The notes under the pieces are model-generated. The model was given only the letters and a program-made list of their open reading frames with translations, did no database searches and was not told the DNA's origin. A stretch of 64,000 bases of DNA from Camelus ferus (lineage: Eukaryota). Positions 38,156 through 51,555 of this stretch are shown piece by piece (positions within the stretch are counted from its first letter, which is position 1; each line of letters opens with the position of its first letter). The position numbers were made by a program, and so were the translations under genes. Where the stretch lies: the NCBI RefSeq assembly GCF_009834535.1, contig NC_045696.1, positions 75,580,001 through 75,644,000 on the forward strand, read 5' to 3'.

Positions 38156-39634
38156 TTTTATATTCACCTATCACTAGAAATTTAATATCATATTCGTATA
38201 GCAATAATAGCAATATACCATAGCTTCCCAAAGTGTGCTCCACGGAAACCTAATGCCACAGATATTCCCTGAAAAGTGGGATTTAGGTGTTTTTGGTACT
38301 TTTACTCATTCCAAAATAGTCACTGAGTCTTGCTAGATGCTCTTCTTGGTCAATAATGAAATATGGCTCATAATTTTCTGTTTTGTGAGGCTTGCAGTCC
38401 TACAACATGCCTTATTATATCTCTTTGTACTCAACCCCAATTGCAAAAGTATGTGTGTTGCCTTTCCTGGATGTTTCCTGGATAAATTTCCACCCAGTGT
38501 ATTATTTTCATTCTTCTCTCGTGAACCTCAGCCTACACCATAACACCTTTCTCCTCTAGGTGTGCACACACAGTAGAGGAAATAATAATGGAGATGAAAC
38601 AATTTGTTTTTTTCCTCAGTCTTAGAAAAAGAAGTAAAAAGCGCAGCTACAGCTATAGTCTATTGATTTGTTTTTTATCCAAAAAGCTCAGTTTATTGCT
38701 GGATTTTTTTATAGCATTTTCAATAATTTTATTTAAAGTTACTCATAAGAGACTTTTCTAACTTCTCTTATTTTCCCAAGTCCTTTCCATCTAAAATCTT
38801 CATTTACATCGAGTTTGAAACTTGTATATCTTCTGGGTAAAGGTCTTTTTTCTCTTCTGAAAAATATATGCCTGCTTCTGAAACTAACTGGGCAACCTTT
38901 CAGAACGGGAAGGACAAAGCTTGAAGGCTAGAAAAGATGTTCTTTATTTTTGTACTGAAAACTCAATACTCTGGCTTGAACTTACTGTGGACAAGCCACA
39001 TATTTGATGTTCTAAGGGTGCACTACATGGCTCTGCTTCTACGCACAATGCCACGTCTCACATCCCATAAATAGGTTTCATTTGGAGTGACTGATTGATG
39101 TAAAGCATGTTCCAATCTTAGAGTCATGGATTTTAGAGCTTCAAGTCCACTTGTCCTATTACCCTGTATACTAAGAAAGATAATGCATTTTTAAAATGTC
39201 TTTCCTCTGAGGTTTACTGAAGTTTTAGAGAAAGTTGTGAGTTGTGATTAAGAACCTTAGAAAGAGGAGTCAGGAAATTTGAGACTGAGTTCAGCTAATA
39301 TAGGATCCATACTAGGCAGGTCTCATATTGATTCCCTAATTCAGTTATCTATTTACTTCATTCAATCATTTATTTATTTTTTAAGCACCATTTGTGCAAA
39401 ATGCTAGGGGATTTAGTCATCATCTAGGTCCAGAACAGCTTATTTACTGCACTCTTGGTGTCTTCAGATCCATTCCTGCTCCAAGGGCAGCATCAGGCAG
39501 TGCACTTTTTCTCCAGAGGCCTCCTGTGAATTCTTAGCACAATGTTCCTGAAGCCACTCCGCTCAGACTTGGTATGTGAAAAAAAACTCTATAGATACCT
39601 TTGACCTAGGGAGTAATGGTCATAATATCTAAAT

Positions 39635-39830
39635 TATTGAGCCTTTTTGCTAAGAATGTCATATGGTTTATCTCAATTAATCCTCACAACAACCCCAGAA
39701 GGCAGGTACAGTTGTCATTCCTTTCTTACAAAAAAGGAATCTGAGGCTCAGAGAGGTTAAGTACCTTGCCCAGAGTCATGCCAGTTTAGCTAGGGTTGAA
39801 CCCAAGCAGCTTGAGTCTAGAACCAATACT
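39635..39830 (-). mobile_element. MIR SINE
   Basis: 'atctcaattaatcctcacaacaacccc...ggaatctgaggctcagagaggttaagtaccttgcccagagtca...ttgaacccaag'. Confidence 0.9.
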
Positions 39831-41029
39831 CTGGAGAATAGTGCTGAGATTTTTCAGATGCAAAGGTATCAGCAGAGGAACCCACTAGTTCACATATAGG
39901 TGGTGGCAACAGTGAAAATAGTGACAATCATTTTAAGTTCCATTTCCAACTCTGACATTGAAAACCCTTCGTGGTTCTGAAAAATTACAATGGTATAAGT
40001 TACCTCTATCACGGGATTTGAGGGAAGAGTAAAATGAGGGAAATCAGCACACGTGGGAGAGTTGTTACCGTGAATGACCTATAATGGGCACCCAACAAAA
40101 CTGGGTAGTTCTCTTTCTTTCCTGAAGTGTATAGGGGAAGAGTGAGGGATTCTTGTCTTTCCTTTGTCTTCTAACTCTCAGCCTGGAAAATAAGATCTTT
40201 TTTTCTTTTGGGCATTTTGGGGATAGAGCTCTTCTACCTCATTGGGATCACTGGGATGATGGGAGAGAGCCTGACCTGTGGAAGATGACAGTAAGGTTTG
40301 TCATCTCCATAGAAGAGCTACCATCACCATGGTAGATTTTTTTTCCTTTTGCCTAAAAATTAATTGATACCTGTAAAATATAGATTGTTCTGTGTTAAGT
40401 AGTAATTGATGCTGTTGTCTGTCACTTACATTTTAGTATAAACTGGAACTTTGGCAAGATGGTTTTATAGGGATCAGGACCAGAATTCATTGTTTTATGA
40501 GATGGGCCATGCCTAGGGTTGACACTGCATCCATAGTTGTCCAGTCAGAGGATGCAATGAATGGTTTCAAGGTTTATGTGTATGCTGGGGGTTGGCGGGT
40601 GAGGAGAAGTAACTGTATGGGTGCACAGATATGACCTGTGTGGTATCTGATGTTTGAAGAGAAAGAATGAGGAAGATCAGTCCGTGGTTTTACTTAAATC
40701 AAATATGCTTTTAAATTATGTCTCACTTTGAGACTGACATCACTTTAAAAGACGGGTTCCTACTGCGAAGCTTCCGGAACAGCCTTGGGGTATACGCATG
40801 GGAAATTACTTCATGTTGATAGTCATCCCTGTATCCCATCAAGACCAATAAATGACCCAGTGGTTTAGGAGTTCTTCTAGTGGCTGATTTCAAGCCTAGT
40901 AAATATGAAACATTATTCAGAAAAGAAACAAAACTCAACCACTAAACAAATCATCATTACTCATAAATCTTGCCTGATTGTTGAAATAATCTGAATGAGA
41001 GATATTCACTGCTAAAGGAAAGGTGGGTA

Positions 41030-41215
41030 GATGAGACTTAAAATGAGATGCCATGGGTTCAAATGCCAGTGTTACCATTTCAAATAAATGTGAAGCCTAT
41101 TTTATTTAACTCCTTTAAAACTTCATTTGTAAAACAGGAATATTAATACTTAGCTTTATGACTGTTGAGAAGACTAAATTAAATGGGTGTGTAAATATGC
41201 TTGGTACAGTAAGAT
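41030..41215 (+). mobile_element. MIR SINE
   Basis: 'tgggttcaaatgccagtgttaccatt...cttcatttgtaaaacagg...gttgagaagactaaat'. Confidence 0.7.
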
Positions 41216-42599
41216 GGTATGTTTTAGCCCTTTTAGCTTAATGGCACTTGAAATTTCCTGGTCTGTCCCAGAGGCATCTGGTATAGAAGTATATAAGCTG
41301 TTTCCATGATCTCTACATAGCCTTGGGAAAAGGGCTTTACGAGGCAAATGAGTTCAGAAAGCATATGGTTAGCCCTAGTTCTCTCTTTAAGTTATGTTTT
41401 CACAGAGTGCCATGAAGCTTAAGTTGGACGTTGGTAAACTTTCTCATTGGCATTGGAACTACCTCTTGTCAACAGGAAGCTCAGTGGTTCTCCTCCCAGT
41501 TCTCTTTCTAATAGGAGAGACTGCATTATGCAATGAAAACAGTGAATTAGGAGCCAGGAGATCTGAGTTTGCAAATCATAAAGAGCTTCTTAAGGACTCT
41601 GATTTCTTACTTACAAAATAAGGGATAGACAGATAATGTTCTTTAATCTACTTTATAGCTCTCTGGCTTTCTCTTTTATTTAATCTAGATTCTACATGAC
41701 TCTCCTAACTCCTCTTTTTTCTACCATTCTTCATATCTCTAAAAAAATTGGACTATTTTTCTTCCTTTCTTGTCTTGTTATTTAAGAGCTTAACTCCCTT
41801 TAGAGAAAAGACACACTGTGTAAATGTGAAATAGAATGCTATGGCTATTTATTTCTATGCCAGTCTTGCTCTAAAAATTTTACATTGTGGCTAAGACTGT
41901 GTAGAGATTCTCTTGGTATGTTTCCTATATTATCATGTAAAAAAATCAATTTTTTATTTCAGTTATGTATTTAAGTAAAAGAAGTGTGCTCCTAAATGTG
42001 TACTCCCCTAATAAAGATTACAAGAGTTTTAAAAACAAGGCTTTCCCTGCCAGTTACCTTGCTATTTTCTTTTGTTAATGATATTCAAGCTTTTGTACTC
42101 TAGAGGTCAGTATAATGTTACAAATGGAAGGCTTTTGTTTCATGATAAGATCTTAAAAACAAGGCCTTTAAATTCGAATCTCACATAAAACTGAAAAAAA
42201 GAGCTCTCTAACCACAAAAAGGCTCTTATAAAATGACGATAATCTGAAACAGAATGTCCAGGGGGAATTAAACAATGATTGAGGTTGAGGACTGAATTAC
42301 ATGCACAAAATACTTCCCTAAAGTGATATAATCTTGGGAACAATAAAATATAAGCAGAAGGTGGAAAATAATATAAGAAAAGACAAAACGAAAGAAAGTC
42401 ATGAAGAAGCATCAGATAGAGTAGGAACAGATATTTAAGGTCACTTTGAGAAAGTCACTTTTCAGATTCTAGGATGCTTATGTGATGTTTAAATGACAGT
42501 GACGAGAGAGCAGTGAAAGGAGATGCCTGCCTCTACAGCAGGAGTACCTGCATTTGACAAAAATCACTGGTCTTCCCAAACCCCCATTCAACTCCCACG

Positions 42600-43470
42600 T
42601 CTCATTTTCAGTCAGTGAACCTGCTTCCTTCACCTAGAGAACCAAGGCCGTAGCTATGATAGACTCAGGGTCCCTCTCACATAAAGCCCTTCAGGCTGGT
42701 TTATATCTGCCGTCAGAATCACTTCCTCTCTTTTAGCATCAGAAAAGAGGATATCCCACTTTTTGTTTAAATCTGAATTCTGTCAGTGTTTATGGCCCCA
42801 TCTTCTCCCCTTTGTGCCAAGACTTGCTCCATTAGACAGCTTCTTCAATTTGCATTTTTAACCTTTTATTTTTCTTTCTTTTTCCTGGCTCATTCTCCTC
42901 AGCTGGTAAACATGTCTGAGCATTTCTTACCTAAGAAAGGAAAAAGAAAAGAAAGGAAAACAAGAAAACCCTTGTCTTTGCATCTTCATTAAGCAAGTCT
43001 CGGATCTCTACCCTCTGGTCCTCTAAGTCTCTGGTAAAAATAATCTGTTACCTCTTCTAATTCACCCTTTAATCCATTGCAGTCTAGTGTCTGGCCTCAC
43101 CATTTCTCTGAAACTGGCCTTACTAAGTCACCAGTGACCTAAATGACCAATCCAATGGATATTTTTCAATTCTTGCCTTATATAGAATTTCCTGCTATAT
43201 TTGACACTACAAATTATATTCTTCCTCTTTTCATTTCTAATCCTTTTTCTTTGGAGACATTTTATTCAACTCTTCTACCTGCACACCTCTGGCCTTTGTG
43301 GACTGCTCTTCATCCACTGACCACTTACCTAAGAGAATCCTCAAGTCACTCTCATATTTAAAAGTCTTCAATGGTTCTCCATCACTGTAGGATAAAACCA
43401 GGCCCCTTGGCATGGCATAATCTGATGCCTCACCTTAAACAGTACCTTGGGCATAAAATTATAAATGTTT
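42600..43470 (+). mobile_element. L2 fragments including RT region
   Basis: 'ctgaaactggccttactaagtcaccagtgacct' and ORF 43143 'IEFPAIFDTTNY' (degenerate LDLSAAFDTVDH); 'cttcaatggttctccatcac...ggataaaacc'. Confidence 0.75.
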
Positions 43471-43899
43471 GCAAAGTGAAAATACATAACAAAAAATGAA
43501 TATAGGTTTTAAATTTCTTGAGTTTGTACTAATCTGTTTAGTGTTTCTGTATGCTTATTCAAACTTGGACCATGCATCACAGTTTTTGCCTGGACCAAAA
43601 GTCTCTGAATGTTTGGGTGGTATAATTTAATAAGATATAGTATACTGTAGTGAATTGTGTCAATCTCTCTACTTTAATATAGGAAATCTTTTATTTTAGC
43701 ACTAGGCCTTCTTTGAGGAACTTACTTCCTATACTAACATAAGTTTTTGTCATTATCATTGTGATAGTCTAAGTATTCTAGATCTCATCTACTCTTCCTT
43801 CTTTAAAAGTAAAGAACTAATATTGTTGCATTTAGCGAACCTTATATTTGATTGAGCCAAGAAGATGGTCATTATCTGTATTTCTTTCATGTATTGTTC

Positions 43900-44077
43900 C
43901 ATATCTATCACAGCTACTCAACTCTGCCCTTGTACAAAAGCATTCATTGAGAATACTAAAAAATGGGAGGGGCTGTGTCCCAATGAAACTTCATTTGTAA
44001 ATACCAAAATCTGAATTTCATATAATTTTCTTGTCATAAAATATTATCCCTCTTATGATTTTTTTCAACTATAGAAG

Positions 44078-44108
<31 letters not shown>

Positions 44109-44150
44109 GTCTAGGCTACCAGGCTGTATAAAAATAGGCAGTGGTCAGGT
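43900..44150 (+). mobile_element. hAT-Charlie MER58B-like, partial, with an expanded poly(A) run at 44083-44108
   Basis: 'ctactcaactctgcc...ggctgtgtcccaatgaaactt...ctgaatttcatataattttc'. Confidence 0.85.
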
Positions 44151-44335
44151 GGGTATTGGAATCAAGTGGTCTGGACTCTGAAACAAACACCAGGACTTGG
44201 AATAAGCCATTTAACCTCTCTGAGTTTCTTTCCTTGACTTTAAAATGGAGCTGATAATATCTATCACATTGTTTTGGTGAGAACTGAAAGGTAATACATG
44301 AGGATATGTGGTCACAAAATATGTTCCTAATAATT
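44150..44335 (+). mobile_element. MIR SINE
   Basis: 'tttaacctctctgagtttctttccttgactttaaaatggagctgataat'. Confidence 0.65.
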
Positions 44336-46119
44336 GAAAATCTACATCTCAGTTATTTTTGTCTTATCTCAATGGTAATTCCTGATGGAGAGAATTAATT
44401 TCCACCTTTTTCTAGTGTCAGTAACAACAGGCCTTTTTAATATACTTTAACCTGTTATTTTTTCTTAACCTTCACTGGGTTTTGTTCTTCTGAGTGTCCC
44501 TTACCTTTCACATAGATGATACCTCTGTGTATGTATTTCATCCTGTAGCTTTCTCCTGTTTTTTTTGAAAAACACTTATTGAATGATTTATGGGATATGA
44601 AAAAAAATGTTACTGGGAAACTTTACGTCTTCATTTTTGCTTTAGAGTAGTAAAATGGTCAATAATTTTTTGTCTGCTTTAAAGGGTTTTCTTTCACATT
44701 TTAAAAATTAATTGCAATCTTTATCTCTTTTTGAAATGTTTCCTGGTATTGTTAAGCTTTAAAAATAAGTTTATAAAAGTATTTTGAACAACCAATTCAT
44801 TTAGAAACAGTGGGATGGCAAGACCTGATCTAACTGTATCCACTAACCATTTTCCAGGGCTGGAAGTCTGGGAGTAGGGGGAGGGGCAGTCTCATGGGGG
44901 AATCTTAAAACTGGGAGCCTTTCTGACATATAGGCACCATTACCATTCAGATTGTGTTCACAGAGGGTAGGCTCTGTTTGGGCTGCCATGGGGAGGAGGA
45001 GGAAGCAGCAAAATGCCAATTTCTCTTATTCCCTGTTATTCTTTATGTCATGTTTACAGCAGGAGGGGTGGATGGGACAGAGCAGCATCTCTGCTGATGC
45101 CACCTCCCTCCATGGAGCCCCCTGCCAAGATGTACTGGCAGCTCTGTGAGATGAAGATTTCATCCTGGTGTCCTGGCCGGCTGCCATCTGGCCAAAGACA
45201 TTTTATCTAAATATTTCCAAGGCGCCTATCTCTGCAATATCGAAGTGCTCAATTAGATATGGCCTAAGTCTTTGTAGCATATCAGTGTGCACTGCTGAAC
45301 AGCTGCTGCATTCCAACAGAGGGTGAAATCATCTCTATATATAGAGCATGGCAAGCTGTTTGGAACAGTGGCAGATTTAAGCAGGCAAATGCACACCTGA
45401 GCTATAAGTCAGTCACCTGCCCAGAGTGACAGCAGGGTCTGGAAAAACACTTACTTCCTTTAGGATGGGGCAAGTGGCATGGAGGCCACAGGGTCCTTTT
45501 TCAGATTTTTTTTTCTATAGCTTACGGCTGTATATTTTTCTGTAAACTCCACAAGTAGGGAAAATCACTGTCTACCAAAGGGACTTTATTTTCTTCTGTG
45601 ATTTTCTCTTACAACTTGGGGTTTGTTTATTGATAAGAAGTTCATCACATATCAGCCAGTTCCCGGGCATTGTCATTTATTAAATATCATTATTGTAATT
45701 AAGTCATTGTGCACTTTGTCCACTTGGTGCCTATCTTCTCTATTAGGCTGTGAGCTCCTCACTCCTGGCACATAGCACTTGAATAAATATTTAAATATTG
45801 AATGTTATGACAATTCATAATTCCTTGTGGAGTATGATGTCTTGGTCCCCACCAAAAGGCCACAATTATTACTCCTTCAAAAATGGTCTGGAAAAGATGT
45901 GAAAATACATTTCCTAAATTCTTGGGTTGGTTCTCAGCGAGCTATAGCTACCAGTTTGGTGATGGATACCTGGCACTGGAAAGGATCCCAAGAGGTCATC
46001 TAGATCTCTCTCTCTCTCTCATTTGGATTGAACATAGGTTGCTTTGATTTGGAGACAAGAACAGGATGAGTAGCTAATTGTACAAAAATGCCTGGGCAGA
46101 GAAACAAGATGGAGCTGGC

Positions 46120-46290
46120 ATTGGAAGTTCTGAAGTTCCTTATTGGCTCAACCACTAACTACCTACACCACTCTGGGAAAGTCACAAAATTCTTATGGGC
46201 CTCAGTTTCTTCATCTAACAAACAGAGATAATAATCCATGTCCTGCTCCCCTCACAGGATTGTAAGGAGGATCTCCTGCAAGAAACTGCT
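46120..46290 (+). mobile_element. MIR SINE
   Basis: 'gggcctcagtttcttcatct...gataataa...ctcacaggattgtaaggaggat'. Confidence 0.75.
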
Positions 46291-47419
46291 TGAAATTGCT
46301 ATGCAAAATATGCCGCCTAAACATGGAAGGTGTACTCTTACATTTGTCATCTTTATCTTATCTGTCAGCAAGGGTCAGACAGCACATAGAGCATCCCATC
46401 GCTGGACATCTGGAGGCAACAGCTCCATCTTATCCATTTCTCCCTTTAGTGACTGTAAAAGTGTGTCAAGCGGGCAAGCAGGCAAGAGGGATTATCCAGG
46501 GAGAGTCAGCTTCCCGGCTTCTTGATAATGCAAATCACCTGAACAGAGACCCACTGTGACTTCCTCTCAGGTCTCTTCCCTCTGCCCCTCAGCAGGTAGT
46601 GACTCCACCTGACTTCACAGAATTAGAAACCACTGAAGGTCAAATAGTGACCAAATGAGGAAGACCAGAAGAGAACATTTCATTTATGGCCAATGCTCTC
46701 CTTATCCTACAACCCTGTTATCAGCTATTAAAGCCAGAGCACGTCTGTCAGAAGGTACATTACTTCCTGGGGATATAGGCTGACCTTGCTATCAGAACTC
46801 CGATCTCTCAATGATAAATTTGTAAAATGAACTTTGACTTCGGTGAGGCAAGCAAGATGCAAACTCTTGTCTGGTGTTAATTTGTGGGACACACCTAGTT
46901 TTTCATTGGCTAGTTACTAAACAGAGTCAGAGTGATAAAAGCACATACCACCAGGAATGTGAATCCAGGAGCCCAGAGCAAAGAAGGCCTCCCTGGGTGA
47001 ACAGCTTCCTTAAATCGGTTCTAAAATTCTGCCATAGGTCATGAAACTCCATTCTAAGTATATAGAATAACCCAAAGTAGGTAAATGCCTTGCGAGCACT
47101 AATGTTTTTTTTTTTTTTTGAGTTCCCCAAAGGCACAGGTGAGAGAATATTCATCCTCTCTGCACCCTTAAATTTTCTCTCGCCTCCTCTATCACTATTC
47201 AGCCTGTGCTGGTCCTTTGAGTCACCTAAATTGCTGGTCTGACAGCCAGGTACTTATGGGCAGAAGGAGGAGGAATTGCAATGATTACATATTAACTTCA
47301 GCCTAAATGAAATAGATTTCCGTATTGCTTTAAAATTCATAGTTCTATCTTCTGCATCCCCCCCTGGGTTTCCATGCTTTCTCTATAAAAAGGCAATGTG
47401 ACAAATTCCTTTGCCAAGG

Positions 47420-47625
47420 CTTGGATGTTGGGAACTCAGAGTTTTTATTTAATCATGGTGCTGAGTTCCTGTCTGGCCTTGAATATGCTATTTTACATTT
47501 CAAATATTCCATCTGTAAAGGCAGAATGATAATTCTCTCCCATCTCACAGGGAGTTGGGACATGATTGATTATTTAGTGTTTTAAAGAGCTTTGGAGACA
47601 CCAAGTGCTAAATAACTAGTATTAT
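47420..47625 (+). mobile_element. MIR SINE
   Basis: 'ccatctgtaaaggcagaatgataatt...catctcacagggagttg'. Confidence 0.6.
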
Positions 47626-48109
47626 TTATTAAACACTCTCTGAACTGGTTAAGGATCCTGGGAAAAGCTGAAGCTGAAACACTGGCCAGCTGGCCTCTTT
47701 TGACATCAGATCTCGTCAGGTGTCTCTTTCTACAGCACTTACTGAGTGATGAAGTGCTGTGTGTCTAGTAATAAAAGGAATCTGGGTCATTAACTTGGAT
47801 TGTCAAAACTGTGCATTTCTTTATTCCTTGTCCTATTTTATTTTGTGAGAACACAGTTCTAAACCATCATATCAGTAGAGATTCCATTATATAATAAACA
47901 TGCTAAAATAAAGTATTTTATCATGAAATGTGCTATGTTTTATCTTAAGATGATAGCTGGTGATTGGGCTTTGAGGATCCTTGGCCAATGCACACGTCTG
48001 AAAGGAAACCATAATTATCTGTGAGGTTTACCACTTCTGTGATGCTGACTGGATCTCTGAGATTTGGGGGAATTTCTCAAGTTTGGTACACTTGATACAG
48101 ATTACTTAA

Positions 48110-48480
48110 TTTGTTTGCTAAACATATATTGCATTTCTATAATGAGTCAGGCCTTAGGTTAGGACACAAATATAAATCTCTCTATTGCATATGTTGTCTT
48201 GATCACAGAGGGTTTTGTAATGTTGGGGAAGCATAGATAGTTAGTGATAACTAAAATGCAAAGTGAGATAGAAGCAGGGTAGTATATGAATACAAATGAG
48301 GGTAACTGTTGCCTTAGAGAGTCAGATACTGGAGATGTTTAAATTGGGGCTTTAAAAGGAGAATATTTAACCAGCTAAGTAAGAAAAAGGGGTAAGAAAG
48401 GGAAGAGTATTTTTTGCAGAGGGTGTAGTAAGTGAACTGAATATTTGAGGTTCACCATTTTGTGGCAGGACATGAGAAAG
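48110..48480 (-). mobile_element. L2 fragment
   Basis: 'aaacatatattgcatttctataatgagtcaggccttagg...gagaatatttaaccag'. Confidence 0.5.
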
Positions 48481-49024
48481 GGGTGCATAGATTTACCTAT
48501 TAGGTTCCACTTAAATATTAGGGAAGAGGCCCTTTCACTTTTATTGATCACAGATTAACATCTCTTGCAAGGAAGAGCTCCTCTTTTGCAAATGCCTGCC
48601 ACACACAGTTTTCTTGACTTCTCATGCAGTTCATATGGGGAGGAGGGGCAGGGGCAGGAGTTGCTTGAGGGTCACACTCCTTACAATGATCCAGTATTGC
48701 TCCCCCTCCCACCTTGTGCCTCCCAGTGATGACTAGAATCATAAGAAACCCTCCTCATGGTGAGGGGCTGGTCTTCAGCAAGCCCACACTCCCCCAGCTT
48801 AAAGCCCAGGCATTAAAGTAGGTTGCAGGGAGCCACAGAGGTCTTGGGAACACTTACATTCAACCCTCGTTGGGGGGGGGGGGGGCAGGGCACTGGCTAT
48901 CACAGTACCACAACAGTGTGATTCTTTCCAGGCTTCATTAGTCTTCAAGGGCCGGATATCACTGAGATTGTTTGGGCAGTCTTCCACTACGTACAGAGGG
49001 CCATAACATTGTGAATGTTACCCA

Positions 49025-49240
49025 CAATCAAAAGGTTGTAAGTGTTGGTGCAGATATGGAGAGACTGGAACCCTTGTACTCTGCTAGTGGAAACACAATG
49101 GGGCAACACTTATGGAGAACAGTGTGGTGTTTTCTAAAAAAAATAAAAATAAAAATAAAAATAGAGCTGTAATATAATCCAGCAATCCTAGTTCTGGATA
49201 TTTATCCAAAATAATTGAAATCAGGATCTGGAAGAGGTAA
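49025..49240 (+). mobile_element. L1 ORF2 C-terminal fragment
   Basis: 'aagtgttggtgcagatatggagagactggaacccttgtac...tatggagaacagtgtgg...atccagcaatcc...ctggatatttatccaaa'. Confidence 0.88.
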
Positions 49241-50200
49241 CAAAGACCTATTTAATAGAAGTATATTGTAGCTGCTGCTCCCTAGTCCTTTAAATGTTTG
49301 TATTTATGTTCCTTAGACAAGTAGGCAGGATTTTTCTATTCTTTGTACAGAGTTTATTGACATTAATTTGAATAACAGAGCCAGAGGCTTAGATGTTTCT
49401 GAGAAAAATATGGAAATAATTTTTGCACTGTTCCTCTGCTTTTGCATCCCAACAGAGGAGGAGTGAGTGCAAAAAACTTCCAACCTCTCCACCACTATCT
49501 CACCAACATTTGGAACCCTGAAATTCTTTTCATCCTAATGATAAATACTGATTTTTGAGCGCCTATATGCTGGCCCCTAACTTTGATGATCTCGTTTAGT
49601 TCTTACATTATTCAGTAAGGTGGATTTTATTATTTTGAGTCTCATTTAGGACTTTAGGAGATGCCAAATCCAGAGAAGACAAGATAAACCACAAGGAGAC
49701 AAGACAGTAGTCAAGGACCAAAAGTGCAAACATAGGAGACAAAGGATGACTGAATCAAAGGAGCTTCAGATACAGGAAGAAAGGTTTTAGGATGCAGGAC
49801 CTGAGAAAGGAGGCAAGCTCCAGGCTCCAGTGGAGAGCAGAGGAAAAGGGCTCAGGGTGATTGTCTGGGATATTCGCAGTTATATGTGACTTGCTCTGCT
49901 TTTATGTCCTGACTAGGGAGGCAGTATGGGGGCAGAGTGAGGTATGGGCAGGGTTAATTTAAAAAGATGTAATGGATACATTTAAATCACAGGTAAAGGT
50001 GAAGGTTTTAAATTTTTTTACTGAAATATAATTTTCATTTTAGGAAGGGAAACTGAAGCCAGAGGTATGAAGCTCTAGTTATTAAATTATATGAATCTGT
50101 GAGCAGAAGTTTGAGGAGGCTTGAGGAGGTTGGAGGGGTACAGCATACTTTGGGAGTTACCAAATCACACCTTAACATGGACACATGTCTTTGTCTGTCA

Positions 50201-50657
50201 CAGGGGTCCATGGAATAGGCCAGCGGGCCAAATTCTACTCTAAAAGACAGTTTCAGACCTAGACCTGGCTCTGTTCTTCTGCTTATTTAGTAGCTTCCAG
50301 ACAGCTACTGTATTTATTATATGGTATGTGTTGGGCTCATCCAATGTCATTAAAAAAGCACAGAAGATGTTTCTACTTGTTCTTCCATTTGGCTGTTGGG
50401 TAGAATGCTGATTTGTCCTTGTTGGTATTATAGTGGATTTACATAGAGAGTTAATTTTCATGACCTGTTTCTATAGGACTTTTGCCTAAAAATGGTTCTT
50501 GTATTTTAAAAAGGTTGTAAAGCATACACACATACACAGAGAGGGTCGTGGGTTGGAGAGAGAGAGAGAATAAATATGGGACAGAGGCTGTGTGTCGCCT
50601 ATAAAGCCTAAACTAGTTACCATTTAGCCCTTCACAGAAAAAACTTGCCACCACCTG
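50201..50657 (-). mobile_element. hAT-Charlie MER58-family element with TSD
   Basis: Termini CAGGGGT...CCTG; 8-bp TSD gtctgtca (50193-50200) / gtctgtaa (50658-50665); 'aaagcctaaa...gcccttcacagaaaaaacttgcc'. Confidence 0.8.
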
Positions 50658-51272
50658 GTCTGTAAGACGGGCCCGCCTAGAGGTGAGATGCTCTGGTTTA
50701 TCTCTCAGCCTGACGCAGCCTGACTTGATGGAGGTCTTTCCACTCCAGGGCTTACTCTGCTCTCACTGCTGCTACCCAGCGTTGTCCCGCAGCCTAGAAA
50801 ACACATCAGCAGACTCCATTTCAACTCTTAATGGGTTGTGACGTGAAAACCACTAGTGCAAATGAGGCCCTTTCTAGGAGTCCCTGCAAAATTAAACAGC
50901 CTATGGAGAGCAGACCACTGTCCTTTCTGTTGGGAGGCAGCTTTTAGAAGTTTTAATTGCTGATGCCTTTTCCTAAAGGTAAACAGTTGCAACGTTGGCA
51001 ATCTGTCTCCTTTCAGGAGCATGAAAATCATGAAGAATTCATAGGAAGCTGCTCTAAATGTCATAGATTTTTGAAAGAAAGCTTTTAAATCAATCAAACA
51101 ACATATACAAATCAAAACGTGTACTATTTACATAACACCTTCCTTTATAGACAGCAAGAACAGTTACTAACACTTGCTTTAGTTTTAAGTGCTAGAGTCT
51201 GCAGTGAAAAACATCCACAGTTCAGAAACCAAAGGTAATTTGGGAGCTTAACTTTCTTATTTTACATTCCAG

Positions 51273-51305
51273 TAATAATAATAATAATAATAATGACAAT
51301 AATAA
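51273..51305. repeat. (AAT)n microsatellite (MIR tail)
   Basis: Read directly. Confidence 0.9.
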
Positions 51306-51555
51306 CAGCACTATCATCTTACACATCTATGAAAACTTACAGCTTTACATGCATTTCATATTTACATTTCATCTAATCCACATAATTAGCCTTATGAGTT
51401 GTGAATGGCACAGCCAATATTAAATTTATTTTACTAAAGGAAACTCTATTTAGCAAGATTAAGTAAATAATCCAATGTGATCAAGCCAGAAAATGGTAGA
51501 ACTGAAAACGAATAAAATTATTTGGACTTCTGGCCTGTGTGATACTTCTACTATA
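51305..51555 (-). mobile_element. MIR SINE
   Basis: 'catttcatctaatccaca...ccttatgag...aaggaaact...gattaagtaaataatccaatgtga'. Confidence 0.65.
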
